Assembly: GCF_009914755.1 (NCBI RefSeq)
Contig: NC_060935.1
Origin: the human T2T-CHM13v2.0 reference genome, Homo sapiens
Strand: one strand, 5' to 3'
Length of the DNA stretch: 64,000 nt
Below, in pieces: positions 1-12,611 of the stretch; positions within the stretch are counted from its first letter, which is position 1; each line of letters opens with the position of its first letter. The notes below the pieces were generated by a model. The model did not search any database and was not told the origin of the DNA. It was given only the letters and a program-made list of their open reading frames with translations. Both the position numbers and the translations under genes were made by a program.

Positions 1-2086
1 GTTAGAGTTTTGTAGATTCTTTTCTTTTTTGGTCAAGTTAAGGAAGTTCCTTTCCATTCTTATTTGGCTGAGAAGGTCCTATTAGTTTTTTCTTCATGTA
101 TTTTGAAGCTGTATTATTAAGTACACAATTCTTAACACTTTTATAATTACTGCTTGATGAATTGAACTTTTGCCATTATAAAATGTCTTTAATTTCAGGG
201 GACTTTTTTCTTTTGCTTAGAAAGCTAAATTCCTTCATATTAATGTAGCTACCCCCCACTTTCCTATGACTTTAATACTGTAATCATTTTTCATTTGTTC
301 ATTTATATTTAAAATGTGCTTTTTGTAGGCATTATACAATTGGATTCTACTTTGTCAACTCAGAATGACAATTCCCACCTTTTAATTATGGTATGTTGTT
401 TATTTACATTTAATGTGATTATTGGTATGGTTAGATTCAATACTGTCATCTTACCATGTGTTTATTATTTGTCCTTTCTGTGCTCTGATTACTTTTCAGA
501 AAAATTTAATGCCTCCTTTAGGATTAATAGAATATTCTTATGACAAAATTTTATTTCTTCTCTTTATCAGAAGCAGAAAATAATTATAATTATTTAAAAA
601 TTATTTTAGTCATTGCTTTAGAGTTTATAGAATACTTACCTTACTTACTTACTTTATAGAATACTTACTTTTGAGTGATATTATGCCCTATCCCATATAG
701 TATCAGAGCCTTACAAGAGTATAATTTCATTTCTCCTCTTTTCATCAAATTGGTATTATCATATATTACCTATCTATATAAGCCCTACAATATGTTGTTA
801 TTATTATTGTTAGGTAGTTATTTTTTGTATGTTAATCACATATCCTACAAACTTGCTGAACACATATATTAGTTCTAATCACTTTTTAATGAATGTATTA
901 GCATTTCTAATATGTAGGATCATGTCATCTGAGAATAGACATAATTTTACATCTTGTTTTCCAATCTTTTCTATAATAAATACTTTAAATTTATTTTTCT
1001 TTCCAAATTCCCCTAGCTAGGGCCTCCAGTAAAATGTTGAATAGAAATAGTGAAAGCAGATATTTTTGTTTTCTTTCTGATCTTGGGAAGAACACATCTA
1101 GATTTTCATTAGTAAGTATGATGTTATATGTGTTTTTTTGTAGGTGTTCTTTATCAAGTTTTATTCTTAATTTATTCATTATGTTTTATCATGAAAGAAT
1201 GTTGGCTATTATCCAATGATTTCTTTGTTTCTATTGAGATAAATTTTTTTGTGTTATTGATATGGTGTATTAATTTATTTTCAGATGTTAAATCAATCTT
1301 GTACAGTTAAGATGAATTACACTTGCTCATCATCCGTAATTCTTTAAATATTTGCTGAATTTGGTTTGATAATACTTTAAAATTTTAGCATACATATTTC
1401 TAAAAGATTTTGGTGTAGATTTCTTATCTTGTGATGTCTTTGTCTGGTTTTGGTATCAGGGCAATCAAATGAGTTGGGAAGTGTTCCATCCTCTACTATT
1501 TTGGGGAAGAGTTTATAAATCATTGACATTCTTTTTCCTCCAAATATTTCATAAAATTCAGCAGTAAAGCCATTTGTATTTGGACTTTTCTTTGTGATAG
1601 GTTGTTGATTACTGAACAAATCTCCTTGCTAGTTATAGTTCTATTCAGAAAGGCAATTTCTTCTTGAGTTAGTTTTGGTAGTCTATATCTTTGTAGGAAT
1701 TTGTTCATTTTATCTAATTTATCTAATACATTGACATGCAATTGTTCATAATATTCCTTTTAATTCTTTTTATTTTCACAAGTTAGTAATAATATCTCAT
1801 TTCTTTTAGTTCTGATTCTACTAATTTGAGTTTTATTTATTTATTAATTCATCTTTTGGTCAATTCAACTAAAAATTTGTTTGATCTTTTTGGTTTTATT
1901 GATTTTATGATTGTGTTACTGGTTTTTTTCATGTATTTACACTAAACTTTATTATTTTCTTCTTCTTTTGGCTTTAAAATTAGCTTTTTCTTCTTTTTTC
2001 CATTTTTAAGGTGGCAGGTAAGGTTATTGATTTGATTTCTTTCTTCTTTCTTAATTTAGCCATTTCAAATACAAAATGTGGTACAC
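1..2086 (-). mobile_element. Ancient L1 (L1M-class) ORF2 fragments
   Basis: Degenerate ORF2 peptides on the minus strand: 1520..1741 'LDKMNKFLQRYRLPKLTQEEI', 1377..1619 'KKSPNTNGFTAEFY', 991..1179 'LFNILLEALARGI'. Many stops and frameshifts; may be more than one element. Confidence 0.8.
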
Positions 2087-3466
2087 TTTAAGTTTTATTT
2101 TAAGTTCCAGGATCCAGGCACACGATGTGCATGTTTGTTACATAGGTAAACATGTGCCATGGTAGTTTGCTACACAGATCATCCAATCACCTAGGTATTA
2201 AGCCCTGCATCCATTAGCTATTCTTGGTGCTTTCCCTCCTTCAACTTCCCACCCTCCGATAGGTCCTGGAGTGTATTGTTCTCCCCATGTGTCCATGTGT
2301 TCTCATCATTCAACTCCCACTTATAAGTGAGAACATGTGATGTTTGGTTTTCTGTTCCTGTGTTAGTTTGCTGAGAATAATGGCTTTCAAATCCATCTAT
2401 GTCCCTGTAAATGACATAATCTTTTTTCTTTTTATGACTGCATAGTATTCCGTGGTATACATATACCATATTTTCTTTATCAAGTCTATCATTGATGGGC
2501 ATTTAGGTTGATTCAATGCCTTTGCTATTGTGAATAGAGCTGCAGTGAACATATGTGTGCATGTATCTTTATAATGCAATGATTTACATTCCTTTGGGTA
2601 TATACCCAGTAATGGGATTGCTGGGTCACATGGTATTTCTGCTTCTAGGTCTTTGAGAAATTGCCACTGTCTTCCACAATGGTAGAAATAATTTACACTC
2701 CCACCAACAGTGTAAAAGCTTTCCTTTTTCTCCTCAACCTTGTCAGCATCTGTTGTTTTTTGACTTTTTACTAGCCATTATGACTGGCATGAGATGGTAT
2801 CTCATTGTCATTTTGATTTGCATTTCTCTAATGATCAATGATGCTGAGCTTGTTTCACATGTTTGTTGGCTGCATAAATATCTTCTTTTGAGAAGAGTTT
2901 GTTCATGTCCTTTGCTCACTTTCAATGGGGTTGTGTTTTTTCTTGCAAATCTGTTTAAGTTTCTTGTAGATGCTGGATGTTAGACCTTTGTCAGATGAAT
3001 AGATTGCAAAAATTTTCTCCTATTCTGTAAGTTGTCTGTCACTCTCCACTCTGATGATAGTTTCCTTTGCTGTGCAGAAGCTCTTTAGTTTAATTAAATC
3101 CCATTTGTCAATTTTTGCTTTTGTTTCAATTGCTTTTGGCATTTTCCTCATGAAATCATTGCCCGTGCCTATGCCCTGAATGGTATTGCCTAGGTTTTCT
3201 TCTAGGGTTTTTAGAGCTTTGGGTTTTACATTTAAGTCTTTAGTCTGTCTTGAGTTGATTTTTGTATATGGTGTAAGAAGTCTTTAATCTATCTTGAGTT
3301 GATTTTTGTATATAGTGTAAGAAAGGAGTCCAGTTTCAATTTTCTACATAGGGCTAGCCAGTTCTCCCAGCACCATTTGTTAAATAGGGAGTCCTTTCCC
3401 CATTGCTTGTTTTTGTCAGGTTTGTTGATGATCAAATGGTTTTAAGTGTGCAGTCTTATTTCTGGG
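2087..3466 (-). mobile_element. 5'-truncated older L1PA (roughly PA8-PA13) 3' end inserted in the old L1M
   Basis: L1PA 3'UTR (reverse complement 'gtttgttacataggtaaacatgtgccatgg') plus ORF2 C-terminal peptides '[26 protein letters not shown]' and '[16 protein letters not shown]'. Confidence 0.85.
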
Positions 3467-5334
<1,868 letters not shown>

Positions 5335-6139
5335 TTATTTTTCAAAAAGAAAATTTTGATAGTTTTGGGGGAACAGAAGGTTTTTGGTTACATGGATAAG
5401 TTCTTTAGTGCTGATTTCTGAGATTTTGGTGCCATCATCTAAGCAGTACACACTGCACCTAATGTGTAGTCTTTTATCCCTCACCCTCCTCCCACCCTTC
5501 CCCGCAAGTCCCCAAAATCGATTATATCATTCTTACGTTTGCATCCTCAGAGATTAGCTCTCACTTATAAATGAGAACATACAATATTTGGTTTTTGATT
5601 TCTGAGTTACTTCACTTAGAGTAATGGCTTCCAACTCCATCCAGCTTGCTGCAAAGGCCATTATTTCGTTCCATTTTACGGCTGAGTAACATTCCATAAT
5701 GTATAAATACCACATTTTCTTTATCCTCTCACTGGTTGATGGGCATTTAGGTTGGTTCCATATTTTTGTAATTGTGAATTGTGCTGCAATAAACATGTAT
5801 GTGCATGTGTCTTTTTCATGCAATGATTGCTTTTCCTTTGGGTAGATACCCAGTAGTGAAATTGCTGGATCAAATGGTGGTTCTACTTTCATTTATTTAA
5901 GGAATCTCCATACTGTTTTCCAAAATGGTTGTATTAGTTTACATTATCAACCCCAGTGTAAAAGTACTCCCTTTACACCACATCAATGCCAACATTTATT
6001 GTTTTTTAATTTTTAAATTATGACCATTCTTTCAGGAGTAAGGTGGTATCTCACTGTGGTTTTAATTTGCATTTCCCTGATAATTACTGACATTAAGCAT
6101 TTTTAAATATGTTTATTGGCCATTTGTATATATTCTTTT

Positions 6140-6525
6140 TTTTTGTAAGATATTGTTTATTGTAAAACTCTTGTGTTCCTTCCATACATACTAAAACAAA
6201 AGGTCACTTTAAAGGCACATTATGTTGTAGTCAAGAATAAAAGAATACAATGTTGTGAAATGTCATACTGTATGATGGGCCCTGCCTTGCTGTGCCTTCT
6301 TTATATCAATTTAAAATATACACATTAGATACAAAGCAAGTGGCAGAACATTTAGTTGGACCCCACTTATGCAAAAATTGTATTTTTTTATATGCACAGA
6401 GAGTTTCTGGAAGGACAGAAAATAATCTACTGATAATGATTATATCTAAGGTCAAGATTCTTTTACTTTTTCTTGTTTTTTGAAACAGAGTTTCACTGTT
6501 GTTGCCCTGGCCGGAGTTCGATGGC
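6140..6525 (-). mobile_element. TSD-flanked polyadenylated retrocopy: ~45-nt Alu 3' end plus A-rich tail, ~320 nt of other sequence, AATAAA, poly(A)
   Basis: Direct repeat GCCATTTGTATATATTC(TTTT) at 6119-6139 and 6526-6546; T-run 6136-6144; tttatt (AATAAA on minus) at 6156-6161; Alu right-arm end at ~6480-6525. Confidence 0.85.
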
Positions 6526-7524
6526 GCCATTTGTATATATTCTTTTGAGAATTGTCTATTCCTGTCCTTTGCCCACTTTTTGATGGGATTGTTTGTTTTC
6601 TTCTTGCTGATTTGTTTGAGTTCCTTATAGATTCTGGATAATAGTCCTTTGTCAGATGACAATTTTGCATAAAATATCTTTTTAAAAAATTACAGATTAC
6701 AGACTAATTTTGAGAATATTTTGTCCCACTCAGTGGGTTGTCTGTTTATTGTGCTGATTATTTAGTTTGCTGTGCAGAAGCTTTTTAGTTTAATTAGGCC
6801 CCCTGTATTTATTTGTATTTTTGTTGCATTTGCTTTTGGGTTCTTGGTCGTAAATTATTTGCCTAAGCCAATGTCTAGAAGAGTTTTCCCTATGTTATCT
6901 TCTAGAATTTTTATGGTTTCAGGTCTTAGATTTAAGTATTTTGTCTATCTTGGGTTGATTTTTATTTAAGGTAGGAGATGAGGATCCAGTTTCATTCTTC
7001 TACATGTGGCTAGTCAATTATCCCAGCATCATTTTTTGAATAAGATGTCCTTTTCCCACTTTATGTTTTTGTATGTGTTGTTGAAGATTAGTTGACTGTA
7101 AATATTTTGCTTTGTCCCTGGGTTCTCTGTTCTGTTCCATTGGTCTATGTACCTGTTTTTATGAGTACCATACTTTTTGGGTAGCTATAGACTTGTAGTA
7201 TAGTTTGAAGTCAGGTAACATGATGCCTCCAGGTTTGTTCTTTTTGCTTAGTCTTGCTTTGGCTATGTGGCTTCTTTTTTGGTTTCACATGAATTTTAGG
7301 ATTTTTTTTTTTTCTATTTCTGTGAAAAATGATGATGATATTTTGATGGGAATTACATTGAATCTGTAGATTGTTTTGGGCAGTATGGCCATTTTCACAA
7401 TATTGATTCTATCCATCCATGAGCATGAAATGCATTTCCATCAGTTTGTGTCATCTATGATTTCTTTTAGTAGTGTTTTGTAGTTTGTCTTGTAGAGATT
7501 TTTCACCTCCTTGGTTAAGTATAT

Positions 7525-9561
7525 GACTTAAGGAGATTTTGGGCTGAGACAATGGCGTTCTCTAAATATGCAATCACGTCATCCTCAAACAGAGACAATT
7601 TGACTTCCTCTTTTCCTATTTGAATACCCTTTATTTCTTTCTCTTGCCCTGGCCAGAACTTCCAATACTATGTTGAATAGGAGTGGTGAGAGAGCGCCTC
7701 CTTATCCTGTGCCGGTTTTCAAAGGGAATGCTTCCAGTTTTTGCCCATTCAATATGATATTGGCTGTGGGTTTGTCATAAACAGCTCTTTTTATTTTGAG
7801 ATACATTCCATCAATACTTAGTTTATTGAGAGTTCTTAGCATGAAGGGGTGTTGAATTTTGTCAAAGGCCTTTTCTGCATCTATTGAGACAATCATATGG
7901 TTTTTGTCATTGGTTCTGTTTGATTATGTTTATTGATTTGCCTATGTTGAACCAGTCTTGCATCCCAAGTATGAAGCTGACTTGATCGTGGTGGATAAGC
8001 TTTTTGATGTGCTGCTAGATTCGGTTTGCCAGTATTTTATTGAGGATTTTCCCATTGATGTTCATCAGGGATATTGGCCTGAAATTTTCTTTTTTTGTTG
8101 TGTCTCTGCCAGGTTTGGGTATCAGGATGATGCTAGCCTCATAAAATGAGTTAGGGAGGATTCCTTCTTTTTCTATTGTTTGGAATAATTTCAGAAGGAA
8201 TGGTACCAGCTCCTCTTTGTACCTGTGGTAGAATTTGGCTGTGAATCCATCAGGTCCTGGCCCTTTTTTGGTTGGTAGGCTATTAATTTCTTCCTCAATT
8301 TCAGAACTTGTTATTGATCTATTCAGGGATTCAACTTCTTCCTGGTTTAGTCTTGGGAGGGTGTATGTGTCTAGGAATGTATCCATTTCTTCTAGATTTT
8401 CTAGTTTATTTGCATAGAGGTATTTATAGTATTCTCTGATGGTGGTTTTTATTTCTGTAGGATCCGTGGTGATGTCCCCTTTATCATTTTTTATTGCAAC
8501 CCTTTGAACCTTCTCTCTTTTCTTCTTTATTAGTTTGGCTAGTGGTCTATCTATTTTGTTGATCTTTTCAAAAAGCCAGCTACTGGATTCATTGATTTTT
8601 TTGAAGGGTTTTTTGCATCTCTATCTCCTTCAGTTCTGCTCTGATCTTAGTTATTTCTTGCCTTCTGCTAGCTTTTGAATTTGTTTGCTCTTGCTTCTCT
8701 AGTTCTTTTAATTGTGATGTTAGGGTGTCGATTTTAGATCTTTCCTGCTTTCTCTTGTGGGCATTTAGTGCTATAAATGTCCCTCTAAACACTGCTTTAA
8801 ATGTGTCCCAGAGATTCTGGTACGTTACGTCTTTGTTCTTATTGGTTTCAAAGAACTTATTTATTTCTGCCTTAATTTCATTATTTACCCAGTAGTCATT
8901 CAGGAGCAGGTTGTTCAGTTTCCATGTAGTTGTGTGGTTTTGAGTGAGTTTATTAATCCTGAGTTCTAATTTGATTGCACTGTGGTCTGAGAGACTGTTA
9001 TGATTTCCATTCTTTTGCATTTGCTTAGGAGTGTTTTACTTCCAATTATGTGATCAATTTTAGAAGAAGTGTGATGAGGTGCTGAGAAGAATGTATGTTC
9101 TGTTGATTTGGGGTGGAGAGTTCTGTAGATGTCTGTTACGTCTGCTTGGTTCAGAGCTGAGTTCAAGTCCTGAATATCCTTGTTAACTTTCTGTCTCGTT
9201 GATCTCTCTAATATTGACAGTGGGGTCTTAAAATCTCCCACTGTTATTGTGTGGGAGTCTAAGTCTCTTTGTAGTTCTCTAAAAACTTGCTTTATGAATC
9301 TGGGTGCTCCTGTATTGGGTGCATACATATTTAGGATAGTTAGCTCTTCTTGTTGCATTGATTCCTTTACCATTATGTAATGGTCTTCTTTGTCTCTTTT
9401 GATCTTTGTTGGTTTAAAGTCTGTTTTATCAGAGACTAGGATTGCAACCCCTACTTTTTGTTGCTTTCCATTAGCTTGGTAAATCTTCCTCCATCCCTTT
9501 ATCTTGAGCCTATGTGTGTCTTTGTACGTGAGATGGGTCTCCTGAAAATAGCACACCGATG
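7525..9561 (-). mobile_element. Internal L1PA (approx. PA7-like) ORF2 fragment, EN to RT, lacking 3'UTR and poly(A)
   Basis: Well-preserved ORF2 peptides 8966..9556, 8589..9020, 8015..8386 and 7702..7896; flanked by 12-bp direct repeat GGTTAAGTATAT (7513-7524, 9562-9573). Confidence 0.85.
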
Positions 9562-11397
9562 GGTTAAGTATATTACTAAGTATTTTATTTTATTTTATTT
9601 GCAGTGGTTGTAAAAAGGATTGCATTCTCGATTTGATTCTCAGCTTGGTTGTTGTTGGTGAATAGCAGTGCTATTGATTTTTGTACATTGATTTTGTATC
9701 CTGAAACTTTACTGAATTTGTTTATCAGACCTAGGAGCTTTTGGGATGAATCTTTAGAGTTTTCTAGGTATACAATCATATTATCAGTGAACAGCAACAT
9801 TTTGACTCCCTCTTTTTTAATTTGGATGCCCTTTATTTCTTTCTCTTGTCTGATTGCTCTGGCTAGGACTTCCAGTACTGTGGGGAATCAATTTGGCGAA
9901 AGTGGGCATCCTGGTCTTGTTCTAGTTCTCAGAGGAAATGCTTTCAACTTTTCCCCATTCAGTATTATGTTGGCTGTGGGTGTGTCATAGATGGTTTTTA
10001 TTACTTTGAGGTATGTCCCTTCTATGCCAATTTTATTGATGGTTTTTATCATAAAAGGATACTAGATGTTGTCAAATGCTTTTTCTGTATCTATTGAGAT
10101 TATCATATGATTTTTGTTTTTACTTCTGTTTATGTTAATTAACAATGTTCATTGCATATGTTAAATTATCCCTGCATCCCTGGTATAAAACCCATTCATC
10201 ATTATGTGTTATCTTTTTGATATGCTGTTGGATTTGGTTAGCTAGTATTTTATTGAGGATTTTTGCATCCATGTTTATCAGGGATACTGGTCTGTAGTTT
10301 TCTCCTTTTGTTATTTTCTTTCCTGGATTTGGTATTAAGATGATACTGGCTTCATAGAATGATTTAAGGAGGATGTCCTCTTTTTCTATTTTTTTAAATA
10401 CTTTCAGTGGGATTGGTGCCAATTTTTCTTTGAATGTCTGATATAATTAAGCTGTTAATCCATCTCGTCCTGGACTTTTTTTTTGTTGGCAGTTTTTATT
10501 ACCATTTCAATTTCACTGCTTGTTATTGGTCTGTTCAGAGTCTCTGTTTCTTTCTGATTTAATCTAGGAGGACTTTATATTTCTAGGAATTTATCCATCT
10601 CCTCTAGATTTTTTAGTTTGTAGGCATAAAGGTGTTCGTGGTAGCCTTAAATGATCTTTTGAATTTCTGTGCTTTCAGTTGTAATATCTCCCATTTCATT
10701 TCTAATGAGTTTATTTGGATCATCTCCCTTTTCTTGGTTAATCTCACTAATGGTCTATCAATTTTGTTTATCTTTTCAAAAAACCAGAGTTTTGGTTTTA
10801 TTCATCTTTTGTAGTTTTTTGTTTCAATCTCATTTCGTTCTGCTTTGATCTTTGTTATTTCTTTTCTTCTGCTGTGTTTGGGTTTAGTTTGTTCTTGTTT
10901 CTCTAATTCCTTGAGATGATATTTGGTTGTCTATTTGTGCTCTTTTAGACTTTTCGATGTAGGCATTTAAGATTATGAACTTTCCTCTTAGCACCGCTTT
11001 GGCTGTATCCCAGAAGTTTTGTTAAGTTTTGTCACTATTTTCATTCAGTTCACAGAACTTTTTAACTTCCATCTTGATTTCATTATTAACCCAAAGATTA
11101 TTCAAAAGCAAATAATTTAATTTCCATGTATTGTTAGAGTTTTGAGGTTCCCTTTTGGAGTTAATTGCAGTTTTATTCCACTGTGGTCTGAGAGGGCTCT
11201 TGACATGATTTCAATTTTCTTAAATTAATTGAGACTTATTTTGTGGCCTATTATACAGTCTATCTTGAAGAATGTTTCATGTGCTGATGAGAATAATATA
11301 TATTCTGCAGTTGTTGGGTAGAATGTTCTGTAAATATCTGTTAGGTCCATTTGTTCTAGGGTATAATTTAATTCCACTTTCTTTGTTGACCTTATGT

Positions 11398-12597
11398 AGA
11401 AGAAGTAGAAGAAAGAACTTCAGAGATCAAAGATAAGGCTTTCTAGTTAACCCAATCAGACAAAGACAAAGAAAGAAGAATTTTTTAAAATGAACAAAGT
11501 GTCTGAGAAATATGGGATTATGTTAAATAGAAAAACCTAAGAATAATTGGTGTTCCTGAGGAAGAAGAGAAATCTAAAAGTTTGGAAAACTTATTTGAGA
11601 GAATAATTGAGGAAAATTTCTCTGGCCTTGGTAGAGATCTAGACACCCAAATACAAGAAGCTCAAAGAACTCTTCAGAAAGTCATTGCAAAAAGATCATC
11701 ACCAAGGCACATAGTCATCAGGTTTGTTCAAAGTCAGGATGAAGAAAAAAATCTTAAGATCTGTGAAAAAAAAAGCATCAGATAACCTATAAAAGAACAC
11801 CTATCAGGTGAACAGCAGATTTCTCAGGAGAAACCTTACAGGCTAGAGGGGATTGGGGTCCCATCTTTAGCTTCCTTAAACAAAATAATTGTTTGCAAAA
11901 GAATTTTGTATCCAGCAAAAAACTAAGCTTCATAAATGAAGGATAGATAAAGTCTTTCTCAGACAAACAAATGCTGAGATAATTCACCACTACCAAACCA
12001 GTGCTACAAGAAATGCTAAAAGAAGTTCCAAATCTTGAAACAAAACTTGAAAATACACCAAAATAGAATCTTCTTAAAACCTAAATCTCACAGGGCTTAT
12101 AAAATAATAACACAATGAAAACAACAAGGTATTTAGTTGATAACTAACATGATGAAGAGAACAGTACCTCACATCTCAATACTAACATTGAATGTAAATG
12201 GCCTAAATGCTCCACTTAAAAGATACAGAATGGCAGAATGAATAAAAATCCACCAACCAAGTATCTGCTATCTTCAAGAGACTTACCTAACACATAAGAC
12301 TCACATAAACTTAAGGTAAAGGGGTGGACAAAAGATCTTCGATGCAAATGGAAACCAAAAGTGAGCAGGGGTAGCTATTCTTATATCAGACAAAACAGAA
12401 TTTAAAGCAACAACAGAAAAAAAAAAAAGACAAAGAAGGACATTATATATTGATAAAAGGATTAGTCCAACAGGAAACTATCACAATCCTAAATATATAT
12501 GCACCTACCACTGGAACTCCCAAATCTATAAAACAATTACTACTAGACTTAAGAAGTGAGAGACATGCAACACAATAGTAGTGGGGGACTTCAATAG
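11398..12597 (+). mobile_element. Inverted 5' segment of the L1PB (part of ORF1 plus ORF2 EN start)
   Basis: Plus-strand ORF1 peptide 11582..11785 'ENLFERIIEENFSGLGRDLDTQIQEAQRT..RSSPRHIVIR'; ORF2 start region runs to 'gtgggggacttcaat' (VGDFN) at ~12595. Confidence 0.85.
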
Positions 12598-12611
12598 TAC
12601 TCTGAAAGCTT

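Larger units (their letters stand above)
5335..11397 (-). mobile_element. L1PB-type LINE-1, non-inverted part (3'UTR back to ORF2 EN domain), carrying two nested inserts
   Basis: L1PB-style 3' end ('ggttacatggataagttctttagtg..gatttctgagattttggtgc'); ORF2 remnants 5554..5892, 9585..9800 (RT '[12 protein letters not shown]') and 10135..10422. Confidence 0.85.

Noticed and set aside
6306-6662. 118-aa chimeric ORF (L1 ORF2, Alu and unique sequence)
   Set aside because: Chance read-through across the retrocopy junction, starting at a non-ATG codon, with no promoter or splice evidence.
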